Source of the DNA: Alphaproteobacteria bacterium
GTDB lineage: Bacteria; Pseudomonadota; Alphaproteobacteria; UBA828
Assembly (NCBI GenBank): GCA_963422645.2
Contig: CAXXVO010000012.1
Coordinates: 96,001 to 160,000 of the forward strand
Length of the DNA: 64,000 bases
Direction of reading: 5' to 3'
The position numbers and the translations under genes are program-made. Within the stretch, counting starts at the first letter, position 1. Each line of letters begins with the position of its first letter. Below, piece by piece: positions 40,489-49,657 of the stretch. The notes under the pieces were generated by a model. It ran no database searches. It saw only the letters and a list, made by a program, of their open reading frames with translations, and had not been told where the DNA came from.

Positions 40489-40851
40489 CTACGGGTCGAT
40501 CCGAACGATACGCTCACTGAACCAAGCAGTCAGTTCTTCGTACCCCATTTCGCCCTTGGCAACAGCGAGAATTATTTCGACGACTTCTTCGTCAGTTTCG
40601 ACGAATTCATAACCGCTGCGTTGCACCAATAGCTCGACCAAGTACAAAGCCGTACGCTTGTTCGCATCTATGAAGCCGTGATTGCAAACGACGCCGTGAA
40701 GCAGAGCGGCTGCCTTTTCCTGTATTCGTCGATGGTAACCGTCGTAGGGGCGGGCGAGCGCGGACAGAATGCCGTGTTCGTTCAGGAGGCCAAGTCTGCC
40801 GCCATCCTTCAGCGCTTCCTCGTGGCCATGAACCGCATCGGCCCACGTCAC
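40489..40851 (-). CDS. Doc/Fic family toxin
   Basis: NHGFIDANKRTA motif; start may lie a few codons upstream. Confidence 0.88.
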   Translation of the reverse strand: MTWADAVHGHEEALKDGGRLGLLNEHGILSALARPYDGYHRRIQEKAAALLHGVVCNHGFIDANKRTALYLVELLVQRSGYEFVETDEEVVEIILAVAKGEMGYEELTAWFSERIVRIDP

Positions 40852-40864
40852 CCGGTAATGCCTC

Positions 40865-41062
40865 TTACCGATTTGCCAGCACCTTCATGGCCTTTCTCCG
40901 CTTCACCGAGGTCTTTGTGATCACACGTTTGGAAGTCGGTGAAACAGGGAGCGTCTTGGGCTTAGTTGATGTGCCTCGCTTGTTCGAGATCGCAGGAGCG
41001 GCCTTGCTGTGACAGCTGGGCCTCGGGCCTCCTGACCGTGATGTGTTCTGCTTCTCTTGCAT
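40865..41062 (-). CDS. Small basic protein, putative antitoxin of Doc
   Basis: RBS AGAGGGG; C-terminus RRKAMKVLANR resembles Phd-type Doc-binding tails; directly upstream of doc. Confidence 0.55.
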   Translation of the reverse strand: MQEKQNTSRSGGPRPSCHSKAAPAISNKRGTSTKPKTLPVSPTSKRVITKTSVKRRKAMKVLANR

Positions 41063-41166
41063 GACATTTCCCCTCTGACCGAAAAATGCACATCGTCGCG
41101 CGTCGTATCAAGTCCGGGAAAGGCGCTGTTGTGACCGCAGCTGACATCGGCGCCGCACCGCCTTCC

Positions 41167-41997
41167 CTACCCCAGCACCTTCTCCTTCGCGCGGTGGAGG
41201 AAGGCGGTGGCGGACGCGATGGTCTTCTCCGGGCACTCGACCAAATCGGCGTGGCCGATGTCCTCGTAGACGATCGCCTCGCAGCCCGGCACGTTGTCCA
41301 CGACCCATTGTGCACCGGCACCGTCCGGCCCGGTCAGTATGGGCGTGAGCATGTCCTTGGCCGCGGTAATGACCAGCGTCGGGTTCTTGATCTGCTTGCA
41401 GTCCTCGCGCAGGTCCATCTCCTCCATGGCGATGCAGGCCTGGACCACGGTCTCCACCGCGTTCAGCCCCACGATGGTGCGCACCATCTCGATCAACGGC
41501 TGGCCGTTGGGCCCGTCGAGGAAGTCGGCGCCGACGGCCTGGGTCACCACGTGATCGGCGAATTCCGGGCCGCAGCCCCAAGTCTGCGCCATGTGGCGCC
41601 AGGTGCGGAACATGATCCGGCGCATGGTGTCGCACTTCGCAAAGGCGCAGTCGCTGACCGCCCCGATGCAGCGGTCGGGATACTTCGCCGCGAACTTCAA
41701 CGCGATCATGCCGCCGGCCGAAGTCCCCATCACATGTGCGCGTTCGATCCGAAGCTCGTCGAGCAGCGCCGCCAGGTCGTCCGCCCAGATATCGAGGTCG
41801 TATTGCATCAAGGGGCGGTCGCTCTGGCCGTAGCCCCGCTGGTCGTAGCTGATCAGCTGAAAGGTTTCGGCGAGCCCCTCCCACACCATCGCGAAGTTCT
41901 GGCGCCCGAAGAGCGAGCCGCCGATCAGCGCCAACGGGTCGCCTTTGCCCATCAGCTCGTAGTACATATTGATTCCGTTGGCCATGACCTTCGGCAT
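41167..41997 (-). CDS. Alpha/beta fold hydrolase
   Basis: YDQRGYG.S, GTSAGG nucleophile elbow, D...P, GH. Confidence 0.88.
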   Translation of the reverse strand: MPKVMANGINMYYELMGKGDPLALIGGSLFGRQNFAMVWEGLAETFQLISYDQRGYGQSDRPLMQYDLDIWADDLAALLDELRIERAHVMGTSAGGMIALKFAAKYPDRCIGAVSDCAFAKCDTMRRIMFRTWRHMAQTWGCGPEFADHVVTQAVGADFLDGPNGQPLIEMVRTIVGLNAVETVVQACIAMEEMDLREDCKQIKNPTLVITAAKDMLTPILTGPDGAGAQWVVDNVPGCEAIVYEDIGHADLVECPEKTIASATAFLHRAKEKVLG

Positions 41998-42065
41998 GAC
42001 GAAATTCTCCCCCTCAACAGCCCCCTTCGTCGGGGGCTCGGTTGCATGATGGCCCGAGAGCGCCC

Positions 42066-45000
42066 GTGAACATAGCATCGGAATGGAAGGAGGCGGCGCG
42101 GCCTCCCCTGCCTGCGGACGAGGCGGTGCTCGCTCTCTGCTGGGAGCGCTGGCGCGAGAACGCGGCCTGGAGCGAGGACGAGGGCCTCATCGCCTTCGCC
42201 GAGGCGTGCGAAGGCGATGCCACCGCCAACGCGCTGCTTGGCGCGCTCTTCGGCAACAGCCGCTACCTCAGCCATTGCCTCACCGCCGACCAGGACTTCG
42301 CGCGCCTGTTGATCGAGCGGGGGCCGGGTGCCGCCTACGCCGCCGCCCGCGCCATGGCGGCGGACACCAGCGTCCTCGGCGACGAATCGCGGCAACAGGT
42401 GATGAAGCGCCTGCGCGTGGCGAAGCGCCGCGCGAGCCTCGCCATCGGCATGGCCGACATCGCCTCGGTCTGGCCGCTGGAGCGGGTGACCGGCGCGCTC
42501 TCGGATATCGCCTCGGTCACGCTCAGCGCCGTCTGCGCCCATCTGCTGCGCAACCTGCACGATCGCGGCAAGCTCGCGCTCCCCGAGCCGGAGGCGCCCG
42601 AGCGAGGTTCCGGCCTCATCATCCTCGGCATGGGCAAGCTCGGCGCAGGCGAGCTCAACTATTCGAGCGACGTCGACATCATCGTCCTCTTCGACGAGGA
42701 GATCGCGTCCGACCCGAGCGGCGACGGGCTGCAGCAGACCTTCGCCCGCCTCGCCCGCAACCTGGTCACGATCATGGACGAGCGGACCGCGGACGGTTAC
42801 GTCTTCCGCACCGACCTCCGCCTCCGCCCGGACCCCGGCTCCACCGCCGCGGCCCTCTCGGTCCGCGCCGCCGAGGCCTATTACGCGACCACCGGCGAGA
42901 ACTGGGAGCGGGCCGCCATGATCAAGGCGAAGCCCGTAGCCGGCGACATCAAAGCCGGCAACGGCTTCCTCGAGCGGCTCGAGCCCTTCATCTGGCGCCG
43001 GCACCTCGACTTCGCCGCAATCCAGAACATCCGCTCGATCAAGCGCCAGATCGATGCCCACCGCGGCACCGGCCAGGTCGCCGTGGTCGGCCACAACATC
43101 AAGCTCGGGCGCGGCGGCATCCGCGAGATCGAGTTCCTTGCGCAGACCCAGCAGCTCATCTGGGGCGGGCGCGATCCTGCGCTGCGCGTGCGTGGCACGC
43201 GGGAGGCCTTCGACGGGCTCGTTGCCGCCGGCCACGTGCGCCGCCGGGCGGTGGACGAGCTGATGGAGGCCTACACCTTCCACCGCACCGTCGAGCACCG
43301 GCTGCAGATGGCGGACGACCGCCAGACCCACAGCCTGCCGGACGACGAGGGCGGCGTGGCGCAGGTCGCCGTCTTCCTGGGCTATGACAATCTCGACGAC
43401 TTTACCGAGGCGCTGCTTGCCCGCCTGCGCACGGTGGAGCGCCACTACATGGCGCTCTTCGAGGAAGAGCCCGCGCTCACGACCGAGGGCACTCTCGACT
43501 TCAGCGGCGCCGGCGACGGCGATGCCACGCTGGAGACCCTCGCGGCCATGGGCTACGCGCATCCGGAGCGCGCCTTCGAGACGCTGCGGGCTTGGCACGA
43601 GGGCCGCTACCGCGCTGTGCGCGGCGAGGAAGCGCGCGAGCGACTGGCGGAGCTGCTGCCGACGGTCCTGGACGTCTTCGCCGCCTGGCCGGTCCCCGAT
43701 TCGGCGCTCGCCCTCTTCGACGGCTTTCTCGCGCGCCTGCCCGCCGGCTCCCACCTCTTCTCCATGTTCGCGGCCCACCCCGAACTCTTCGATCTGATCA
43801 CGGAGATCATGGGTTCTGCCCCTCGCCTCGCCAATTGGCTGGAGCACCGGCCCATGCTGCTCGACAGCGTATTGAGCCGCGAGTTCTCCGACCTAGACGT
43901 GCCGGACGCCGACGATTTGGGCCCCGAACTCGCGATCATCGCGCGGCGTGGCCTCGTTCGCGTGTTCTACCAGCGCGAGTTCGGCACGGAGGAAATTAGG
44001 TCCGAGCTCGCCGACGTGGCGCTCCGCGCGCGCGACGTGCAGGACTTCCTCGACTCCGAGCGGCGCTGGGCCAACGACAAGATCTTTCACATCGGCGTGC
44101 ACATGCTGCGGGGGCTGCTCTTCCCGGTCGAGGCTGCGATGCCGCTCTCCGACATCGCTGATGCCTGTCTCGGCGCCGCGCTCCCCGTCGTCGCCAATGC
44201 CTTCGCCGAGACGCACGGCCGGCTGCCCGGCGGCCGCTTCGCCGTGGTCGCTTTGGGCCGCCTCGGCAGCCGGGAGATGACGGTGACCGCCCCGCTCGAC
44301 CTCATTCTGGTCTACGATCATCCGCCGAACGCCGAGGAGTCCGACGGGCGCAAGGCGCTCCGGCCCGACCGCTACTACGGGCAGCTCAGCCGGCGCTACG
44401 TCGCTGCGATCCGTGCGGCAACGGCGGAGGGCACGCTCTACGACGTGGACATGCACCCACGCCCATCCGGCAACGCCGGGCCCATCGTCACCTCGCTCGA
44501 CTCCTTCATCGAGCATTTTTCTGCCGGCGTTCCGACCTGGCAGCACCAGGCGCTCGCCCGCGCGCGCGTGGTCTGGGCCGAGGGCGACCTGGGCGAGCGC
44601 TTCGAGGAGGCGCGCCGCACCACCCTCAGGCAAGCGCGTGAGGCGGAAGATCTCTCCGCCCAAATCGCGGGCTTACGCGAGGACTTGCGCGGCGGCGATC
44701 CCGGCGACGACATTTGGGATATCGAGCAGAAGCGCGGCGGCCTGATCGACGTCGAGTTCATCGCGCAATACCTCCAGCTGCTGCATGCGGCCGAGTCCGA
44801 GGCGGTGCTCGCCGGCGACCCGGTCTCGGTCTTCGAGGCTGCGGGCAAGCACGGGCTGATCGAGCCCGAGACCGTGCGCGAGCTCGCGGACGCGACGGTG
44901 CTGTGGCGCAACCTGCATGGCATCCTGAGCCTGACAGTGGAGGAGGAGCGCTTCGTCGAGGCGACCGCACCGCCGGCGCTGCTCGCGGTGATCGAGCGCG

Positions 45001-45104
45001 CCTGCGACGTCACCAATATCGACTCGCTCAAGGAGTCGATGCGGGAGACCACGGCCCGCACCGCAGGCCACTACGATCGCCTGTTGGGAAACGGCACGGG
45101 CTGA
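42066..45104 (+). CDS. glnE: Bifunctional glutamine synthetase adenylyltransferase/deadenylylase
   Basis: GMGKLGAGELNYSSDVD, DLRLRPDP, WERAA.IKA, KLGRGGIREIEF; second NT domain present. Confidence 0.93.
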   Translation: MNIASEWKEAARPPLPADEAVLALCWERWRENAAWSEDEGLIAFAEACEGDATANALLGALFGNSRYLSHCLTADQDFARLLIERGPGAAYAAARAMAADTSVLGDESRQQVMKRLRVAKRRASLAIGMADIASVWPLERVTGALSDIASVTLSAVCAHLLRNLHDRGKLALPEPEAPERGSGLIILGMGKLGAGELNYSSDVDIIVLFDEEIASDPSGDGLQQTFARLARNLVTIMDERTADGYVFRTDLRLRPDPGSTAAALSVRAAEAYYATTGENWERAAMIKAKPVAGDIKAGNGFLERLEPFIWRRHLDFAAIQNIRSIKRQIDAHRGTGQVAVVGHNIKLGRGGIREIEFLAQTQQLIWGGRDPALRVRGTREAFDGLVAAGHVRRRAVDELMEAYTFHRTVEHRLQMADDRQTHSLPDDEGGVAQVAVFLGYDNLDDFTEALLARLRTVERHYMALFEEEPALTTEGTLDFSGAGDGDATLETLAAMGYAHPERAFETLRAWHEGRYRAVRGEEARERLAELLPTVLDVFAAWPVPDSALALFDGFLARLPAGSHLFSMFAAHPELFDLITEIMGSAPRLANWLEHRPMLLDSVLSREFSDLDVPDADDLGPELAIIARRGLVRVFYQREFGTEEIRSELADVALRARDVQDFLDSERRWANDKIFHIGVHMLRGLLFPVEAAMPLSDIADACLGAALPVVANAFAETHGRLPGGRFAVVALGRLGSREMTVTAPLDLILVYDHPPNAEESDGRKALRPDRYYGQLSRRYVAAIRAATAEGTLYDVDMHPRPSGNAGPIVTSLDSFIEHFSAGVPTWQHQALARARVVWAEGDLGERFEEARRTTLRQAREAEDLSAQIAGLREDLRGGDPGDDIWDIEQKRGGLIDVEFIAQYLQLLHAAESEAVLAGDPVSVFEAAGKHGLIEPETVRELADATVLWRNLHGILSLTVEEERFVEATAPPALLAVIERACDVTNIDSLKESMRETTARTAGHYDRLLGNGTG

Positions 45105-45138
45105 GCGCCGCGGGCAGGCCCCTGGTGAGAGCTCTGGA

Positions 45139-46389
45139 CTAAAACCGATCCGGCCGAAGGCCCGTCATGTCGATCTCGGGCTCCCGGCCCGAGACGATGT
45201 CCGCGATGATCCGGCCTGAGCCGGAGGAGTAGGTCCAGCCGGTGCTGCCGTGGCCGGTGTCCAGGTAGAGACCGGGGACGGCAGTCTTGCCGATGATCGG
45301 CAGGCAATCCGGCGTCATCGGCCGGAAGCCGATCCAGCGTTCCGCCTTGCTGCGATCGCCGCAGCTCGGGAACACGGCCATCGCCGCGTCCAGCGTCGCG
45401 GTCGCCCGGTCGGCGCGAATGGTGGCATTGTGGCCGTCGAGCTCGGCCGTTCCGGCGCAGCGCAGCCGGTCGCCGAGGCGGCTCATCACGATACGCCGGT
45501 GGCCGTCGTGGATGGCGCGGGTCGGCGCGCCGTTGTAGCCCTCGGTGGGGACGGTCACCGAATAGCCCTTGAGCGGGTAGATCGGAGCCCGCACGCCAAG
45601 CCGCTTGAGGAAGCGCGCGCTGTAACTCGCCAGGCTCATCACCACGGCGTCGGCCTCGATAACCCCCTTGTCCGTCTCGGTCCCGGTCACGCGCCGGCGG
45701 TCGCCGCTCAGCCGCTTCACGGTCTCGCCGAAGCGGAAGGTCACGCCGTTGGCAGCCGCAGCCGCAGCAAGGGAAGCCGTGAACTTGTGCGCGTCGCCCG
45801 ATTCGTCGTTCCGAAAGAAGGTGGCGCCCGCGAATTGATCCGCGGTCTGCTGCAGCGCCGGCTCGGCCTCGAGCATCTGATCCCGATCCAGGCGTTCGGG
45901 ATGGAAGCGGGTGTCCGCCATCCGCGTCTCGTAAGCGTAGGACGCGTCCAGCTCCGTCTCGTCGCGGTAGAGGTGGAGCACCCCCTCGGCGCGCTGGTCG
46001 TAGGCGATCCCCTCCGTCTCGCGCAACGTCTTGAGGCAGTCGTAGCTGTAGGTCGAGAGCCTGAGCGAAACCTGCTGGGAGCGCTCGAATTGCGCGCGCG
46101 TACAGTGGCGCAGGAAGCTCACGGCCCAGCGCCATTGAGCGAGATCGGGGCGGAGGCGAAACAGATAGGGCGCATCCTCGCGCCCGAACCACTTGATCAG
46201 CATGCGGGGCACCTCGGGGTGCGCCCAGGGCCGCGAGCTGTAGGCGCCGACGATGCCGCCGTTGGCGAAGCTGGTCTCCAGACCGGCGCCGGCCTGGCGC
46301 TCCACCACCGTAACCTCGTGGCCGGCCTGGTTCAGGAAGTAGGCCGCCGCGGTGCCGACGACCCCGGCGCCGAGCACCAGAACCCGCAC
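45139..46389 (-). CDS. dadA: D-amino acid dehydrogenase
   Basis: GAGVVG, ETSFANGG, DESGDA..F, IYPLKGYS, GFRPMTPD, GHG..GWT. Confidence 0.88.
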   Translation of the reverse strand: MRVLVLGAGVVGTAAAYFLNQAGHEVTVVERQAGAGLETSFANGGIVGAYSSRPWAHPEVPRMLIKWFGREDAPYLFRLRPDLAQWRWAVSFLRHCTRAQFERSQQVSLRLSTYSYDCLKTLRETEGIAYDQRAEGVLHLYRDETELDASYAYETRMADTRFHPERLDRDQMLEAEPALQQTADQFAGATFFRNDESGDAHKFTASLAAAAAANGVTFRFGETVKRLSGDRRRVTGTETDKGVIEADAVVMSLASYSARFLKRLGVRAPIYPLKGYSVTVPTEGYNGAPTRAIHDGHRRIVMSRLGDRLRCAGTAELDGHNATIRADRATATLDAAMAVFPSCGDRSKAERWIGFRPMTPDCLPIIGKTAVPGLYLDTGHGSTGWTYSSGSGRIIADIVSGREPEIDMTGLRPDRF

Positions 46390-46429
46390 GCCCCGCCTCC
46401 GGCCGCCGGCGCAATCGTCCGTGCGCGGT

Positions 46430-46645
46430 CTATTCGATCACCACCGCGAGCTGGCCCACGTCGACGGCATCCTCTTCCTTGACGTGGAGGGCCTTGATCA
46501 CCCCGTCGTTCTCGGCGTCGTGGGGCACCTCGGTCTTCATCACTTCGAGAATGAAGAGCGTATCCCCGGCCTTGACCGAATCGCCCTGCTTCACCAGGAC
46601 CTTCCACACGTTGCCCGGCGCCTGGGTCAGAACCTCCTCCGCCAT
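46430..46645 (-). CDS. Biotin carboxyl carrier protein (stand-alone)
   Basis: PG.VWKV.V..GD.V..GD..FILEVMK.E biotinyl motif. Confidence 0.88.
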   Translation of the reverse strand: MAEEVLTQAPGNVWKVLVKQGDSVKAGDTLFILEVMKTEVPHDAENDGVIKALHVKEEDAVDVGQLAVVIE

Positions 46646-46659
46646 CGACCGATCTCCTC

Positions 46660-47628
46660 TTATTCGATGCTGTCGAGCGAGCAGGCCTCGTCGAGGGTGA
46701 AGCGCAGCTCCTGCGCCTCCCCCACCGAGACCTCGCGAAACTTGATGTACTCGTTGGGCTTCATCTGGCCGAGCTTCCAGAAGGCGGCGGACGGCACCGT
46801 GTAGGGGCAGATGAAGCCGCCCATGCTGGGGCCGTCGTTCATCAGGATGATCGGCGTCTGGCCGCCCAGGTTGACCGCGCCCAGCGGATAGCCTTGGTCG
46901 ATGATGTTGGACGGAAAGTCGCCGTGCTCCGGCGCCTTGTCGGTGGCCTTCTCGGTGAAGGTCCAGTCCGGCCCGCTCAGGCGATAGCCCGTGCGGTCGC
47001 TCCGCGCCTCCAGCATCCAGGCCGTCTCGATAAAGCGCTCGTGGCCGGCGTCGTCGATCCAGTCGTCGTTGGGGCCTCGCACCGCCTGGATTTCCCAGGT
47101 CTTGCCGCCCGGGAAAGCCGGCCGCGCGCGATCCGCAACCCGCCGGCCCGGCGTGCCTGCGGCCTCCCTCACCGGGAGCACCTGCCCCGCCTGCACCGCG
47201 TGGCCGTCGAGCCCGCCGACTCCGGCCTTGTGGAAGGTAGACGCCGAGCCCAGCCACTCCGGTGCGTCGATGCCGCCCGCCACTGCGAGATAGCCGCGGG
47301 CGCCCGCGACCGCCGGCCCCATCACGAGGGTCTGCCCGGCCCCGACGGCGACACTCTCCCACATCGGGATCGGCTGTCCGTCCACGATCGGGCGCATGTT
47401 GGCGCCGGTCACCGCGATCATGCCGCTGCGCTGGAAGCGGATGGTCGGCCCCATGAACTGGGCCTCCAGCCCCGGCGCGCCCTCGTCGTTGCCCACCGCC
47501 AGATTGGCGAGGCGGAACGACCACATGTCCATCGGGCCCGAGGGCGGGAAGCCCTGGTTCCAGTAGCCGACACGACCGGGGTAATCCTGAATGCTGGTCT
47601 CGAGTCCCGGCTTGACGATCTCAAGCAT
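46660..47628 (-). CDS. Biotin-dependent carboxyltransferase / PxpC (KipA)-like subunit
   Basis: PG..TSIQD.PGR.G, PPSGPMD, AN.AVGN, RSDRTGYRL, DGP..GG. Confidence 0.88.
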   Translation of the reverse strand: MLEIVKPGLETSIQDYPGRVGYWNQGFPPSGPMDMWSFRLANLAVGNDEGAPGLEAQFMGPTIRFQRSGMIAVTGANMRPIVDGQPIPMWESVAVGAGQTLVMGPAVAGARGYLAVAGGIDAPEWLGSASTFHKAGVGGLDGHAVQAGQVLPVREAAGTPGRRVADRARPAFPGGKTWEIQAVRGPNDDWIDDAGHERFIETAWMLEARSDRTGYRLSGPDWTFTEKATDKAPEHGDFPSNIIDQGYPLGAVNLGGQTPIILMNDGPSMGGFICPYTVPSAAFWKLGQMKPNEYIKFREVSVGEAQELRFTLDEACSLDSIE

Positions 47629-47727
47629 GAACGCGCTCTCCTGGTGTACTGGTGTCGTGTTTCCGTTGTTCATTCCGAACCAGTGGGGTTGGCGAACGAC
47701 CTCTCACACCAAGCCTCTGCCACACAC

Positions 47728-47821
47728 CGTCATGCCCGGACTCGTTCCGGGCATCTCTCTCAGCCAGACCCACCGGATGCTGGGACATGCGTGGATGGCC
47801 GGGACAAGCCCGGCCATGACG
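47728..47821. repeat. REPIN-like inverted doublet of the CGTC palindromic repeat
   Basis: CGTCATGCCCGGACTCGTTCCGGGCATC...GTGGATGGCCGGGACAAGCCCGGCCATGACG. Confidence 0.88.
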
Positions 47822-47867
47822 TGTTGGGGGCACCGTATACATGGATAGTGACTTCTCGTACCGGTCA

Positions 47868-48797
47868 CTAGTGAAGGTGCTTGAGGTACTGGGCCACGAA
47901 ATCGAAGCCGATGAGCTTGCAATAGAGCCCCATCAGCCGCTCCGTCGTCGGGCCGGGGATCCTGCGCTCGGCGAAGGGCACGTCGTTGATGGTCGCCACC
48001 GGGCAGATGCAGAAGCTCGTCGACGTAATGAATGCTTCGTCGGCGCCGTGGGCGTCGAAGAGATCGAGGTCGCACTTCACCACCTCGATGTCCGCCTCCG
48101 CCGCAAGCTCCAGCACGGTCTCGCGGCTGATGCCGTTGAGCACGTAGCGATCCTGCGGGGTGTAGAGCACACCGTCGGTGACGAGAAAGATGTTGGAGCC
48201 GACGCCTTCGCTGAGATTGCCATTGTGATCGAGGAAGAGTGCCAGGGCATTGGGGTCGCGGCGGCGCACCTCGTCGTTACCGACGAAGAGACTCAGGTAG
48301 TTGTGGGTCTTCGCCCGGGGGGAAATCGAATCGGGCGCCGCGCGGCGGTTCGAGGGAACCATCAACGGAATCCCGTCGCGGTAATAGTGGGCGCGCTGGG
48401 GAATCGGAAGCGGCGTGCAGTCGATGATGAGCACCGGGTCGGTCGAGCCGTGAAAATCGCCCCCCGCCGGCTCGAGACCGCGGGAGATGCGCTGGAAGAC
48501 CCAGTAGTCCTCGTCCGGCCCCAGCAGGTGGAGGTTGCGGGCGAGCACCTCCTCGGTGTGGCGCTTCATCTCCGACGGCGCCATGCCGGGGTCGATCCGC
48601 AGATAGCGCAACGTCTTGTAGAAGCGCACGATGTGCTCTTCCAGCTTGAAGATGCGGTGCCCGAAGGTGCGGGTGGTATCGAAGGCGCCGTCGCCGTAGC
48701 GGAAGCTCCGGTCGCGGAAGGAGACCAGGGCCCGGCTCTCCGGCACGATCTCCCCGTTGAAGTAGCAGACCCGCTCGTTGGCGCGCTCAACGACCAT
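47868..48797 (-). CDS. Class IV PLP aminotransferase (branched-chain/D-amino acid)
   Basis: DR.F.YGDG.F, AKTHNY, EG.GSN.F, L.GISR, ADEAF.TST. Confidence 0.88.
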   Translation of the reverse strand: MVVERANERVCYFNGEIVPESRALVSFRDRSFRYGDGAFDTTRTFGHRIFKLEEHIVRFYKTLRYLRIDPGMAPSEMKRHTEEVLARNLHLLGPDEDYWVFQRISRGLEPAGGDFHGSTDPVLIIDCTPLPIPQRAHYYRDGIPLMVPSNRRAAPDSISPRAKTHNYLSLFVGNDEVRRRDPNALALFLDHNGNLSEGVGSNIFLVTDGVLYTPQDRYVLNGISRETVLELAAEADIEVVKCDLDLFDAHGADEAFITSTSFCICPVATINDVPFAERRIPGPTTERLMGLYCKLIGFDFVAQYLKHLH

Positions 48798-48890
48798 CTC
48801 TTCGCCCCCTGCCTCTGGCGACTCCCCTGCCCGTCGGCGCGCGATCATGGCGCAAAAGCCCGACGGGTGCGAGTGCCCTCCGCGCGACCC

Positions 48891-49430
48891 TTATATGACA
48901 CGCGGCGGCCGGCGCACCACCAGGCAGCGCGCCAGCATGTCGTGCAGTCCCTGCTTGCGGCGGGTGAACGCGATCGCGATGCAGGCGGCGATGGCGGCGA
49001 AGCCCACGATGAAATTGAGGCCGACGACCATGCTGACGAGGCCGGGCAGCCAGAGGGGCCAGCAGCGATAGCTCGCCCTGAGCAGCGAGATCCGCCCGCC
49101 GTCGAGCCCCGTGACCCGAAGCCCCAACATGCGCTTGCCGAGCGTCGCCTGCGCCGGCCCGGCCTCCTGCAGTGCCGTGTAGACCCCCAGCGCGATGCCG
49201 AAGACGATGGAGCCGAGCCAGGAGAGCGCGTAGCTCACCACCTCCAGACGCGCGCCATCGCTCTCGGAAACGTGCGTCGTGTTCTCCACCAGATCGGGCC
49301 AGAGGAACGATCCGACGAGGTAGACGCCCACCAGCACGATGATCGTATCGATGACCCACGCCGCGACACGTCGCCAGAATCCGGCGGGGATGACGCCGAT
49401 GACGCCGCCCTCGGGCGCCTCGTCAGTCAT
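48891..49430 (-). CDS. RDD family membrane protein
   Basis: AGFWRRVAA..ID, QATLGKR..GLRV, QGLHD. Confidence 0.9.
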   Translation of the reverse strand: MTDEAPEGGVIGVIPAGFWRRVAAWVIDTIIVLVGVYLVGSFLWPDLVENTTHVSESDGARLEVVSYALSWLGSIVFGIALGVYTALQEAGPAQATLGKRMLGLRVTGLDGGRISLLRASYRCWPLWLPGLVSMVVGLNFIVGFAAIAACIAIAFTRRKQGLHDMLARCLVVRRPPRVI

Positions 49431-49444
49431 GGGCCCCTAACGTT

Positions 49445-49475
49445 GGAAGGGCCGCCCGGCTGGGGCGGCCCTTCC
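49445..49475. terminator. GC-rich hairpin, probable terminator
   Basis: GGAAGGGCCGCCC-GGCTG-GGGCGGCCCTTCC; weak U-tract. Confidence 0.55.
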
Positions 49476-49511
49476 CCGTCAATCCGCGATCCGCAGATCG
49501 CGTCGTCACCG

Positions 49512-49586
49512 TCAGCCGTGGACCCCATCGCAGGGGGAGATCCAGATTGCGGTGACCGCCGATCGCGGTTTACGACAGTCAGACAC
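49512..49586 (-). CDS. Putative 24-aa small peptide (MSDCRKPRSAVTAIWISPCDGVHG)
   Basis: Extended SD AAAGGAGGTGAT with GGAGG 8 nt before GTG; promoter and hairpins bracket the ORF. Confidence 0.5.
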   Translation of the reverse strand: MSDCRKPRSAVTAIWISPCDGVHG

Positions 49587-49621
49587 TAGGATCACCTCCT
49601 TTCGTTGTTGACGACATCTGG

Positions 49622-49650
49622 TATATGGCGCGCGCGTTCCAGCGGTGCAA
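49622..49650 (-). promoter_or_regulatory. Putative sigma70 promoter of the small transcript
   Basis: TTGCAC-N17-CATATA. Confidence 0.5.
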
Positions 49651-49657
49651 GCACCAT

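Noticed and set aside
49589-49603. 16S rRNA 3' end (GGATCACCTCCTTTC)
   Set aside because: The flanking sequence is not rRNA; it is better explained as an SD on the opposite strand.
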